Part shown: positions 13,624 to 25,923 of the stretch, piece by piece
Numbering within the stretch: the first letter of the stretch is position 1
How the letters are laid out: every line of letters begins with the position of its first letter
IMG/VR virus record: IMGVR_UViG_3300001598_000047
DNA: 64,000 bases
Direction: 5' to 3' (one strand)
From: an uncultured virus (IMG/VR IMGVR_UViG_3300001598_000047)
Lineage: Duplodnaviria > Heunggongvirae > Uroviricota > Caudoviricetes
Notes under the pieces: generated by a model
Databases searched by the model: none
What the model saw: only the letters and a program-made list of their open reading frames with translations
Told to the model about the DNA's origin: nothing
Translations under genes and position numbers: made by a program

Positions 13624-14175
13624 TTAAAGATCAGTAATTCCTAAATCAGCAAGAACTGAGTCAACGCTTTCATCGTCAGACATTTGTTTTTCTTCGACAA
13701 CAGGAACTTCTTTTTTTGTTTCAGTTTTCTTTTTTTCTGTTGATTTAATAGTATCAGTTATTACTGTTTTTTCAGTATTTTTTGTTGGTTTAACTTCAGA
13801 AATAACTGTTGTTTTTTTGCCATCGATTATAGCAGAAATATCGGAAACAAATTTTGTTACAATATTAATAAAATTGTCATCAATATTACCTATAGATGAT
13901 TTTTCTTTTAATTCATTTGTTAATTTTGTAATTTCTTTTGTTTTTTCAGCAATTGTTTTTTCTGATGATGCTTGTAAGTCAGAAAATTTTTGTTCAGTAT
14001 CAGCTAATTTTTTAACAAGATCTTGAAATTCTTTTTCTTTATCTTCAAAAGATTTTTCAAGTTCAGCTATACGAGCATTGGTTGAATCAGTTACTTCTAA
14101 CCATTTTGCTGCGAGTTTTTCTGGTACATTTTTCATAGCTGTAAGAAGTTTTTCAATTTTTGGATCAGTACTCAT
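13624..14175 (-). CDS. Hypothetical coiled-coil protein (no TAG)
   Basis: Intact 183-aa ORF, heptad-like K/E-rich segment, AAGGA upstream. Confidence 0.75.
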   Translation of the reverse strand: MSTDPKIEKLLTAMKNVPEKLAAKWLEVTDSTNARIAELEKSFEDKEKEFQDLVKKLADTEQKFSDLQASSEKTIAEKTKEITKLTNELKEKSSIGNIDDNFINIVTKFVSDISAIIDGKKTTVISEVKPTKNTEKTVITDTIKSTEKKKTETKKEVPVVEEKQMSDDESVDSVLADLGITDL

Positions 14176-14194
14176 AATTTATAATTCCTTTATT

Positions 14195-15382
14195 TTAATT
14201 GTTCTATTGTTCTGTACGTTCTTCTTTACTTAATTGTGATTTTTTATAATAACATTGAAAATGCATTAATAATTTTTCTGAATTAATATTTTCATTTACT
14301 TTTACTAAATCAGGATATAATTGTTTAATATAATCTACTGTATATGAATAATTATCTTTTGCTACCGATTTTATAATATCTGTCGAAGATTCTGAAATTA
14401 CTTCATTAGTAAGAGATATTAAATAATCTGTTTCAACTGAATTTGGTTTATAAGTTCTTAATTTTTCTGTTAAATCAAGAATGATATTAACGTCATATTT
14501 TATATCAATAACTAATTTTACATAATTTTTATTACATAATTTATTTAATTCTTCTTCTGTATATTTATTATTAATTAATTTTGAATAATATACTTTTTCA
14601 TATTTTGAACTTATATTATTTTTAAATTCTTTAATTTCTGCATTAATTAAATCTAACGTATAAATAAATTTATCTTGTCCGATACTCACCCCAATTTAAT
14701 TGCATTGTTGATCCAACCATTTGTAATTTTGGTGTATTTGTTAATAAATCATAATATACTTTATTTTTATGATAATGTCCAGAAAATAAATAATCTGCTA
14801 AATTAAATAAATCATTATTATTTAATTTATTTCCAACACTGCTTTGACCATTTTGTTCAAAACCGTTTGCTTCAAAATGTCCAAATCCATAATTACATTT
14901 TTCAACAGTTTTTTTATTATTATTTTCATCTAATAAATAATTAATCTCAGATGCCCATGGAAATAACCCTAATGATTTATTAAAAACTGATATAAAAAAT
15001 GGTTTATTATTAATAATAGTAATATTTTCATTATGTGAAATTAATCCTAAAAAGTCTAATGAATTTGTTTCATTAGTATTTTTATAATATGCATCATGAT
15101 TTCCGAACAATTAAAAATACTTTTTCAAAATTATTTGAAATATCTAACATACAATCAACTGCTGTATTTAATGTTTTAGTATTAATTGCATATCGTGCAT
15201 TAAAATAATCACCTAAAAAAATAATCCAATCTACTTTTTCTTTTAAAAATGTTTCAATTACCCAATTAACACATTTTTTACTTTCTAATAATTGTGCTGA
15301 TGAATCTTTACCGATTACCAATATGTAAATCGGTAAAAATTCCTATTTTTTTTGATTTTAATTCAACTAAATCGTATTTCAT
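14195..15382 (-). CDS. Mre11/SbcD-like metallophosphoesterase (T4 gp47-like recombination nuclease); three CGG +1 sites
   Basis: FTDLHIG, FLGDYF, V[c]GNHD, FGHFE, FSGHYH, VGS; sites 15311, 15103, 14679 join ORFs 15094, 14670, 14204; ends at TAG 14204 or TAA 14195. Confidence 0.88.
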
Positions 15383-15431
15383 TATTTAAATATAAACTTT
15401 CCAAATCTTATTAATATATTTAATATAAATT

Positions 15432-16775
15432 TTATTCAACTTTTTTATACACAATTTGCTTAAAAATTTCAACATTATTTTCTAACATATCTTTTGTAAT
15501 AATTAATGTGCCGGCTTTTGTTATAGATGGTACATTAAACATTACTTTAAGCATAATTTTTTCAAGAATAGCTCTTAATCCTCTAGCACCAGTTTCCTTT
15601 TCAATTGCTTTATGTGCAATATATAACAATGCATCATCTTCAAATTTAAGTGTAATTTTATTTAATTTAAGTAATTCAATATATTGTTTAATTAATGCAT
15701 TTTTTGGTTCTGTTAAAATTTTAACTAAATCTTCTTCTTTTAATTCATGTAATGCAGTAATAACAGGAAGTCGTCCAGCAAATTCAGGAATTAATCCATA
15801 TTTAACTAAATCTTCTGGTTCACATTCTTGTAATAATTCAAAATCTTTTGCGCGTTGTTCAATTTTTGAGTCTGCAACATCATATTCAATAAGTTTTTTA
15901 TTATCAAATCCAATTGCTGGAGTATCTTTCTTTAAACGTTTCTTTATAATTTTTTCAAGATTAATGAATGCTCCGCCAACAATAAATAAAATATTTGTTG
16001 TATCAACTTGTATGCCAGGAATTTCTGGGTGTTTTCGGCCACCATTTGGTGGAACATTTGCAACAGTACCTTCAATAATTTTTAATAAACCTTGTTGTAC
16101 GCCTTCGCCAGACACATCGCGAGTAATAGATCCACTTTGATTTTTCTTTGCTAATTTATCAATTTCATCAATATAAACAATACCAACCTGAGCTTTATCA
16201 ACATCACCATTAGCTGCTTGTAAAAGTCTTGTAATAACATTCTCTACATCATCACCAACATATCCAGCTTCAGTCAATGTTGTAGCATCACAGATAGCAA
16301 ATGGAACATTCATAATTTTTGCTAATGTTTTTGCTAATAATGTTTTACCAGAAGCGGTTGGTCCAAATAATAATACATTTGATTTATCAAGAATAATATT
16401 ATTTTTTTTATTATTTACTATATTATTCTGTAAACGTTTATAATGATTATATACTGCAACTGATAATATAGTTTTTGCTTCATCCTGACCAATAATATAT
16501 TGATCTAATTCTTTTTTTATTTCAGCTGGTGTTGGAATATATAAATTAGCTAAATAATTTTTTGTAACTGAATTACATTCTGTCTGACTTTTTAAGTTTT
16601 CAGAAAAAATATTATGCGCAAGTTCATTACATTCTTCACATATTCCCATACCATCTGCCATACTAACAACAACTTTCATTTTTGGGAATTTATTTTTTGT
16701 TCTTCCACAAAATGCACAAGTAGTATCACCAATATCAAGTACTTTTTTTGGAGGTTCATTATTCTTTTTTGCCAT
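15432..16775 (-). CDS. clpX: ATP-dependent Clp protease ATPase subunit ClpX
   Basis: CAFC/CEEC Zn finger, [52 protein letters not shown]. Confidence 0.97.
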   Translation of the reverse strand: MAKKNNEPPKKVLDIGDTTCAFCGRTKNKFPKMKVVVSMADGMGICEECNELAHNIFSENLKSQTECNSVTKNYLANLYIPTPAEIKKELDQYIIGQDEAKTILSVAVYNHYKRLQNNIVNNKKNNIILDKSNVLLFGPTASGKTLLAKTLAKIMNVPFAICDATTLTEAGYVGDDVENVITRLLQAANGDVDKAQVGIVYIDEIDKLAKKNQSGSITRDVSGEGVQQGLLKIIEGTVANVPPNGGRKHPEIPGIQVDTTNILFIVGGAFINLEKIIKKRLKKDTPAIGFDNKKLIEYDVADSKIEQRAKDFELLQECEPEDLVKYGLIPEFAGRLPVITALHELKEEDLVKILTEPKNALIKQYIELLKLNKITLKFEDDALLYIAHKAIEKETGARGLRAILEKIMLKVMFNVPSITKAGTLIITKDMLENNVEIFKQIVYKKVE

Positions 16776-16818
16776 CTTATTTAATACTCCTTTATATTTT
16801 TTTTATTATTTAAATTAA

Positions 16819-17991
16819 TTAATTTTCTTCTTTTTTAGGAATGTAATCAATATCATTATAAATTTTATAATTATCTGTTAATTTTGTTATAAATTCTATA
16901 AACTCTTTAAATGATACTTTATTATTCATAATATAATTAATAACTTGTTGCATATCTTCATCACAAAAATAACTTAAAGAATTAAAATCTGTATTAGACT
17001 GTACTTTATATTTTGCTTTAAATATTTTATAAATAGAATTAAATTTTCGTTTAGTAATATTTTTTAATAATTTTTTCATACATTTATGTATTACTTTAGT
17101 TAATAGCTCAACGTTTTTTTCTTCTGTTTCAAATATAAATCCAACAAACATATGTTTTTTATCATCAAAAATTTTACTAAATGAACTAATAGCATATACA
17201 CATGCATATTTTTCCCTAATTTCTTTATATAAATATGCAGTTAATCCACCGCACATAAAATAATTAAGCATTGATAATAATGTATAATTTTTAATAAACT
17301 CAGTTTTATTATTAGATAATAATGGATAACCAAACATTAATAAACGTTGACTGTCAATTCCTGTACTATAATATTCCATTGGAAATTTATCATATGAATC
17401 TGAAAAATCATTATAATTATTTTGACATAAATTATCTTTAAATTCTATTTTATCTAAATTTTCAATATCTGAAATATTTTTTGAATGAATAAAGATAACA
17501 TTATCAGGCTTATTAAATACTCTATTCTTAAATTCTATAAATTTTGAATATGTAATATTTTTTAAATCTTCTAATAACCCACATTCATTAGTATAATTAT
17601 AATGTTTTCTAAACCAATTATTTGTAAATCTTTCATAATTTTCATTATAATACATCATATATTCAGAAATAACTACTTGTTTTTCTCTATTAAATACATC
17701 TTCTGTAATATTATAATTTAAAATTTTATCTGTAAATTCTGGAATAAATTTTTTAATTGATTTACATAATCCACTCATATAATAACAAACACTACTAGTT
17801 GACGTATATGCATTCCATATAATTCCGAGCTCATGAAATTTTTTTTCTATTGATTTAACTTGTTCACACATACAATGTTCAACTAAATGTGATAATCCTT
17901 TTTCGCCATCTTGTTCTTGTGCGATAGTATTTTTAAATTCAATAAAATAACTACCCATATTTTTAACATTTGTAATTTTATTAATAATCAT
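16819..17991 (-). CDS. M16 family (insulinase-like) zinc peptidase
   Basis: GLSHLVEH (HxxEH), WNAYTS, REKQVVISE, LYKEIREK; likely start at MIINK behind AAGGA. Confidence 0.88.
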   Translation of the reverse strand: MIINKITNVKNMGSYFIEFKNTIAQEQDGEKGLSHLVEHCMCEQVKSIEKKFHELGIIWNAYTSTSSVCYYMSGLCKSIKKFIPEFTDKILNYNITEDVFNREKQVVISEYMMYYNENYERFTNNWFRKHYNYTNECGLLEDLKNITYSKFIEFKNRVFNKPDNVIFIHSKNISDIENLDKIEFKDNLCQNNYNDFSDSYDKFPMEYYSTGIDSQRLLMFGYPLLSNNKTEFIKNYTLLSMLNYFMCGGLTAYLYKEIREKYACVYAISSFSKIFDDKKHMFVGFIFETEEKNVELLTKVIHKCMKKLLKNITKRKFNSIYKIFKAKYKVQSNTDFNSLSYFCDEDMQQVINYIMNNKVSFKEFIEFITKLTDNYKIYNDIDYIPKKEEN

Positions 17992-18056
17992 ACAATAAAT
18001 TCCTTTCTTAAAAATGTTAAAATAAACCATAATTATTATTTTTAAAATTTTAAATA

Positions 18057-19330
18057 TTATTTGATTACTTCTATTTCAAATATTTGTTTATTAAATTCAA
18101 CTTGTTTTATTTCAGAAATTCCTTTAAATGCTGGTGTAGCTTTTAATATAAATATATTTTCTACATATTGTTTAATCTACTATTTTTTCTAAATCCAATC
18201 TTGCTACCAAATAAATATTAAATTAATATTTTTCTATAAACATTTTTGAAATTTATTTAAATGATAATTATTTTCTTTAAATTGTAATGAATGAAAATAA
18301 ATTCCGTTAAACTAAATTGCTAAATTTAATTCTTTAATGTAAATGTCTAATTCTTGTGGATAAATTATTTCTCTATTATGAATTTCTAAATTTGGATAAA
18401 ATTGTTTACAAAAAATTATTAATTCTTGCTAAAGATAAGATGTATTTCTTAAAAATGGAAAACATTTTAAACATCTTGGTAATTGTATTTGCTACTAATT
18501 AAAATTTGTTGTTTGAATTTTTTGCTAAAAATCATTTCCACATGTTAAACATTTCCATTTATATATAAATTTTCTATTACAAGCATGTCCTTTGTACTAC
18601 TATTTTGAAAATAATGGAATAATATTAAATTTTGAAAATTTATTTAAAATAACTTTTTCGTAAAAATTGTCTAAATTTTTTCTTGAAATAATTTTTTTAA
18701 ACTACTGACTTTGATTAGCAAAAGCAACACCGATATTTACTTAACATTGTTTTCTATCTGCCTAAAATTACTTGCTATGTACTTCCAGAAAATTTTGTTC
18801 CGATATTTATTTAAACAAGTTTGCTTCATTTTCTACTTTATTTGATAGCATTGTGCAGGGTGCTAAACACCGAAATTTTAATAAATTTGTTTGTTTTCTT
18901 TTATTTTGAATTTCTACTAACTAAATAGGATTTTTTACACCGATATTTTTCTAAGTTATTATTATTTCGTTTTTCTTTAATTTCTTTTGACTGTATTGGA
19001 AACTAAACACCAAATTTTTCTTTATTTGTATTTTTAAATTTCTATCTAACAAGTTGCGAATTTTGTGCGCATTTTTTACAACAAAAATTATGTTGAGAAT
19101 ATTTTAATTGTTTTCCACATTTCTAACATTTTTTTAATTTTTCATCTAAACATATTGCTTTAACAATATTAGAAATTTTCTACCAATTATTATTTTCTTT
19201 TAAAATATCATTTAAATATTGTTTTATTTCTTCAGATAAACTTTTAATTAATAAAGTTAAAATGGAACCGACGTTTACCGATTCCATTTATACAAGTCTA
19301 TTTAATTATTTTATTAAAATTTTCATTCAT
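18057..19330 (-). CDS. Free-standing endonuclease 3; five CGG +1 sites
   Basis: ATG overlaps sigma stop; FCCKKCA, KY[c]GV repeats, PQELDIYIKELNLAI*FNGIYFH, IW*QDW; sites 19268, 18940, 18870, 18800, 18730; 1274-5 nt = 423 codons. Confidence 0.8.
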
Positions 19331-19902
19331 CATCAGCATTATCTTGTGTTTGTGTTAATCCTTCCTAACGTTCAAAATCATCATAATACTATTCACGAAA
19401 TCTTTGTTTTGCTGTCATAAATTTTTTCTAATTATTAATTCTTGCTCGAAAACAATTGAATGCTATTTGTGTAAGATATGAAAATGGATTGGAATTAGGA
19501 TCTTTTGTATTAATTTTATCTAAACCTTTTGAAAGACAACGCATAACTGCATCAGCAACCATTTCCTACCTATAAGAATATCCATAAAATTTTGGATGTA
19601 ATGAAAACCTTGTACAAATCTTTAATATCATCTAACCAAGCTTTTCTGAAATATATCCTTGTCCGATCTGAACTATTATTTTTTGATTCTTGATATTTAG
19701 AAATCTACTATAATAACTATTGTTTTTTTACATAATACTAACGTTTCTTTTTTGTTTTTGTTTTTGTTTTATCAAACTATGATAAAATATCCTATAATGC
19801 TTGATCAGACTATGTATACTAATCATCTTTCTAAATTTCTATCTAATCTTTTATCTAGTCAGTATAATCATAAAATTCTTTGGTTTTCTTTTTACGTGCC
19901 AT
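19323..19902 (-). CDS. T4 gp55-like late-transcription sigma factor; many TAG, one CGGA site (19663)
   Basis: YYVKKQ*LL**I, ISEKLG*MILKI, FYGYSYR*EMVADA, NPFSYLTQIAFNCFRARI; 580-1 nt = 193 codons. Confidence 0.9.
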
Positions 19903-19979
19903 ATATATCTCCATTAAATTTTTATTTAATATAATTAATATAAATAAAAAATAAAAATTTTAAAATAAAAATATAAAAA

Positions 19980-21816
19980 TTATTTCCAATTTGTAAAATT
20001 AGTTTTCCAAATTTCTGGATTATCTTGTGTATTAAAAACTTGTTGATAAAAAGCTGTTGTTAAATTATTTTGTGTATTAATTGCTTTATGTCCAACTCTA
20101 GTAAAAGACTTTTTAATAGTAACATACTTATCATGATTTGTTGTTGTATTTCGTACATATACTGCTGGTATAAAAAGCCAACGTGTATACTCTATATTAG
20201 TCTTACTGTTATCATTTGATAATAATAAATATGTAGATGTACCTGGTAAAATTGGTATAAATAATTCCGACTGTGTACGATCTTCGCCATGTCCAAAACA
20301 TTCTGCTAATTTTATAACACTATTAGTAATATTATGTTTAGCATCACTTAAATATTCAACCTTATAAGAAGCATAAATTGTCATATCACAATTTGGACAA
20401 TGCCCTGTAAAAAATTGAATATATCCTGGTACATTAACTTTAATAACATAATCCTAATCTGCTTTTCCAATAACATATGTATGTGCATAGTCAGGCATTG
20501 ATAATTGATTTAGCTATTTTTTAATATAAGCTGAAATATAATTTATAACCCACTATTTTGATGGTACATATGGCATATTTTCTGTTGATAAATCTGATAA
20601 ATCAACTGTTGAATGATTAGCATCTAATAACATTACTGATGAAACTTCTAATTTATTTAAATATGTTATACCAGATGTATCCATTAAAGTAATACTATTA
20701 ATATCATTCTATGACTTTAATTTTCTTTGTTTAAAATAAATATTATTCGTTCCTGTATTGCTATTACTTATAAAATATACATCTGCATTATTCTTTAAAC
20801 AAATATTAAAATTATTTACGCTACTGCTTAATGTTACATATGTTGCATCTCCACTACCAGTATTATTAATAAGCATAGTATTTGATACAGTATATGGATT
20901 CTATTTTGATATAAGTTTAGAATGTACTGTTTCTTGATTAGAACCTCCTATATCATGTGCCTTATTATATAAATTATTAAGATTTGTAATATTAGTTTTA
21001 TTATTATCAATATCTGTAGCATTTTTAGAAATTCCAGATCGAATATCTTTATGTGAATCAGTACTATTATTATGATTAGAAAGATCTGATCTTGTTATTT
21101 TTGTATTAAGTTCTGTCTATATTTTTGCTACATCTTCTGACTATTTTGTTTTTAAACAATAATTCTATAGCATATTAACATATTTATGTGCACTAATATC
21201 ATTTGAATGATCAGATAATGCTTTTCTTAATGTCTAAACTTCTGATGTTATTCTATTATCTACAGTAATTATTTTATTATCAACAGTTGTAATTCTATTA
21301 TTTAATGTAATATTTTGTTCATCTATTTTTGTTTTATCATAATAATATTGTAATCCTTGCACTTGTGTGTGTGCATATTTATAATTATTATGATTTAATA
21401 TTACAGAACTTAATATATTAGTTGTTGGAAACTAACCTGTAAAATTAATTGTTAATGTTGGCAATCTACCACTTACATAATGGCTGGCATAGTCATCTGG
21501 ATTTGTTATATACATACCGTTGAAATGTTGTTTTTAATTTATCAAATGTATACTATTCTGTATCCTTATATGCTAATGATATTGACGGTTTAATTATATT
21601 TGGTGGAACTATTTCAATTCCTGCTGCTGATATTGATGTATAATAATTATTACTACTTGGTGCTGTAAAAAATAAAATTTCTTTATCTCTATTAATTTTA
21701 GATGATAAACTTTCCTCGACAGTTCTAGAAAAAATACTATCTGTCATTGCTGCGGTTAATAAACCAGATAAATCTAATAAAATTTGATATTGGTCGCTTG
21801 TATATACTGATGACAT
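19980..21816 (-). CDS. Probable tail-fibre/structural protein with coiled-coil and HxxxxxSH repeats; CGGT site at 21517
   Basis: Skipping C at 21519 joins ORF 21553 frame to ORF 19980 frame; 1837-1 nt = 612 codons. Confidence 0.65.
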
Positions 21817-21847
21817 TTCTTATAAAAACCTTTTTAATATTTTATTA

Positions 21848-23810
21848 TTATTTATTAAATTTCTATATATATTTATTTTCAATATTTAATAATGGTATTA
21901 AATTGATATTTATATTATTTTTTAATATAATATATGTAAATGAAAGCATATCAATATATGAAAATTTAGAGACATAATTCCACCAATTGCGCATTAATTT
22001 TATACAATTTAAATTATTATGCTATCTTATTAAAATACAAGTATCCAAAATTCCGTTTATTTTTTCTGAGTTTTCACTATTTTTATTATTATACTATGTA
22101 CTAATAAAATTATAAAAATTATCTATTATTTCTATATTATCTAAATTATTTAATTTTATATAATCACAATAATTTTTTATTGTTTTAAAATTTTCATTGA
22201 TTGGTGCAAAAATAAATTGATCTTGTTTTAAAATATTTAACATATTCTATATAGAATTAATTAAATCATAATTATTTTCAATATAAATTGAATATTGATA
22301 ATTTCTAAAAATCATATGTGGATTTATTTTTATCCATGACTTAAATTTTTCTTTATCATAATTAGATAAATATGTTAATCTAAATAATTTATGTATATCA
22401 ATTTTATACCATGGCTATGGAATATTTACTGACATATCTGTTGTAAAATATATATAATCAAATATATTTGTATCATAATATGATAATTTATTAATAACTG
22501 TTTGTTCGTCTGCATCAAAATTACATGTATAAATAACTATTTTTTTATTTTTATTTTTATTTAATGCATTAGTTAATTGATATTGTAAATATCTTGCATT
22601 TTTTAATTTAATTAAATCTTGTGCTTTTTTATTCCAAATACGATAGGTTGTACCAGTATCATGTTTTACAACTGCTGATGGTACTAATTTAATATTATAA
22701 CCATTAAAATATATTCTTGCTATAAAATCATCATCTGCTGAATATCCGTCAATAAAGATTGGGTCGAATATTCCAATTTTTTCAAATAATAATGTATTTA
22801 TTGCAATACAAAACATTTTAGCTCTAAATGTACTTGGATGAATCTATAATGCGTAATCATTATATAATTTCTATAATAATGCAGTTGTTTCAGCTGTTTT
22901 TAATCTATAAAATGTCTATGGAAAATTTGGTATTAATTTTTTCTATCTAATATTTGAAAAACCTTGATCTATTGTCATATCACTTGTTACTGGAATTGTT
23001 GCAACAGTATTATCTTGAATATATTTTATTAAATTATCTAAATAATTTGGAGATACCTAAACATCATTATGCATTAAAACTGTATAAGATGAAGGATAAT
23101 TTTGTAAAGCATATTTAATACCGGATATTCATAGCTAATGTATATCCAATATTTTTTTCTTGTTTTAATAATACAATATTAAACTATTCTGTACTATTTT
23201 TTTTACAATACTGCTATAATTTTAAAATATTCTATTTATCTGAGCCATTGTCTATTAATATTAAATTTGTTTTATAATTTTTTGATGCATATTTTACTAA
23301 TAACTTTAAACATTTTAATGTATACATAAAATTATTATATAATGGAATAATAATGTTAACATTTTTAGATTCTGGTAATAACTATATATTTTTTGTTGGA
23401 TGAAATGAATTCTAAGAAAATTTTTCTTCTATTGTTTGTGTATTAATAAATACCTTATATTTATCTGATGATGCATTTTTACTAATTATAAAATTCTAAA
23501 ATTCTACTTCATCTGTGGACATAAAAATAAGATATTTTATATAATTATTATTTAAAATAAATTTAGCTAACACATAATCGTCAATAATTAAAATTTGAAT
23601 ATTCTATTTAATAATATCTTTTGGTAATAATTTAATATATTTAAAAGTATTTTTAACATCATAAATATCTTGCTATGATCCATTAATCAAACTAAAATTA
23701 GCAAAATTTATATGATTACAATACTATGTAAATAGTAATTTTGTTAAATATATATTAACTAAATTCGTATTATCTATTGTTTTTATTTGCTATAAAATAT
23801 TACTTAACAT
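21848..23810 (-). CDS. Multidomain glycosyltransferase (GT2 domain plus C-terminal DUF616-like domain)
   Basis: IIIPLYN, LIDNGS, NIGYTLAMNI[c]GIKYA (23121), MHNDV*V, GYSADDDF; C-terminal IYTC, WIKINPH, ILIR*H, WW. Confidence 0.8.
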
Positions 23811-23934
23811 TGTTATACACCTTTTTATTTATTTATTATTAATTTTTTAAAATTTAAAAATAAATTCATTTATTTTTTAAAATAAATAATATTTAATTAT
23901 ATTATAAATAATATATAAATATAGATATTATAAA

Positions 23935-24336
23935 ATGAATAACGATATTAATACAATTTTATTAGATTTAAAAAATAAATCTGTTTCGAATCCAAATTTT
24001 ATGACTATTTAGTAGCAAAATTTTTGGAGTGCATTATCAAAAAATGAAATTATTTAGATTTCAGATATTATTTTACATCAAAATAATAATTTAAGTAAAT
24101 TAAATAAATATTCTATAACTGAAATAAATTATATTTTTAATATGTTTCCATTAGAAATTATAAATAAAAAAATTAAATCAATAATGGATAAATTATCAAA
24201 CTATGGAATATATAGTATTATGGATTATAGAATTTATAATACAAATTTAAAATTAATTAAAAATATAAAATCATATAAAAAATTTCGTTTAAAACAAGAA
24301 AAATTAAAACAAAAGGATAATAAAAATGGAAAATAA
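23935..24336 (+). CDS. Hypothetical protein; TAG read-through
   Basis: ATG 23935 in frame with ORF 24142; TATAAATA upstream. Confidence 0.6.
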
Positions 24337-24994
24337 ATTAACAAAATCAATCACATGTAAAAAATGTGGTAAATCACATTAGTTTGATATATATCCTATT
24401 ATAAATTTTCAAAATGAAGAATTAGTTAAAAAAACATTTTCATTAGAATTATTTAGTTATAAATGTCCTGACTGTGACACTGTAACTATTATTCAATATG
24501 ATACAATTGTTGTTGATTTATTCAAAAAAAATATTATTTATTTATATACAAATAATGATTTAAATGTTTTTTATTCTGAAATTTTACCAAATTTAATTAA
24601 AAAATTAGAAAATTCTGATGATATTAAAAAAATATTACAAGAAATTAAACATACTCGTGCAGTCATATCATTAAATGAATTATTAGAAAAATTATTAATT
24701 TTTGATTATGACTTAGATGACAGAATAATTGAAATCATGAAATATACATTATTAAAAAATAAAAATATGGAAGATTTTAAACCTATTAAAATTTATTTTG
24801 ATAAATTGGAAAAAGATAAATTATTATTTACATGTATTGGTAAAGATAATACAGCAAAAGGTATTGGTATTGATTTTAATCATTATAATTTATTAATTGA
24901 TAATTGCAAAATTTAGCCAGAATTACCAAATTTAAATTTTAATAAAATTGATGATATTTTAGTTGAAACAATATTAAATGAAAAAGAACAATAA
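24326..24994 (+). CDS. CpXC-domain-like zinc-ribbon protein
   Basis: ITCKKCGKSH*FDIYPIIN, LFSYKCPDC, RAVISLNELLEKLLIFDYDLDDRIIEIMK; two TAG. Confidence 0.75.
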
Positions 24995-25009
24995 TTTGTT
25001 CTTTTTTTT
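24981..25009 (+). terminator. Putative intrinsic terminator
   Basis: aaaaagaaca-ataatt-tgttcttttt hairpin followed by T run. Confidence 0.55.
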
Positions 25010-25048
25010 ATAAATATATATAAATATTAAAATAAAGTTACTTTTATT

Positions 25049-25501
25049 ATGAAAAAACAATTATTATATTTTAATCATTTATATTCACAAATTAAAAAAA
25101 AATTTATATGTGAAGAATCTGAAGATAATTCTAAAGATACAGATATATAGATATAGATTGATGCGTCTGCTACTACAGATGATGGTAAAAAAGTACCTGT
25201 AACAGTAAATGTAGAGTAGGACGTCAATATTGATAATATTAATATTGATAAAGTTGATATTAATATTAATATAAAAAATTTAAAAATTAAATTAGAAAAA
25301 CAATTAGAATAGACAAAAAAGAAAGCATACGCGTCACGTTTATATTCAACAAAAGTTGGAAATAATCCAGATGCTCTACGTGACTATGGATATTTTTTAG
25401 GACAAAAAAATATATTAACATCTATATTAAAAGATTTAAATAATTTATGTATAGAAATAGATAATGATATATAGACTGACTAGGAGAATGATGAAAAATG
25501 A
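25049..25501 (+). CDS. Hypothetical probable virion protein; TAG read-through
   Basis: ATG 25049 to TGA 25499; TATAAATA upstream. Confidence 0.6.
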
Positions 25502-25917
25502 ATGATATTTGGTCAACGTATTTAAAAATGTTTTAGGATAATAAAAATAATTAGAAATTAATTGATAAAAATAATAAATTTTTAATTATAAATGAAGATA
25601 CAGATGATTGGGAAGATGATTCTGCTGATTAGACGGATGATTAGGAAGATGATACTGATGAATAGTCTGATGAATCTGATTCTAATGATTAGAATGAATA
25701 GTCTGTGTCTGATAAAGAATAGGAATAGCAAAAATCTGCTGATTTAAAATTTTCTGCTGATTTAGCTGCAGAGTTTGGAAATACATGTAATAAATTTACA
25801 ACATTAGCGGCTAAAGTTGTAAAATAGCGTACAGTTGGTAAAGAAACAACTGAAAATTTAACAAAAATGCTTGATAAATTAAAAAGTTTAATTGAAGCCG
25901 CAAATAATTCTATTTAA
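25498..25917 (+). CDS. Hypothetical acidic protein; TAG read-through
   Basis: ATGA overlap; D/E tract SAD*TDD*EDDTDE*SDES. Confidence 0.6.
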
Positions 25918-25923
25918 TATAAT

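Noticed and set aside
3887..15382. dnaK and gp47-like gene as pseudogenes
   Set aside because: Every break is the same C-before-Gly event; no random indels, nonsense codons or motif decay
3857..16140. Track ORFs 3857+, 5594+, 7180-, 8216-, 9035-, 13817+, 15508+ and similar
   Set aside because: Antisense or alternate-frame shadows of better-supported genes
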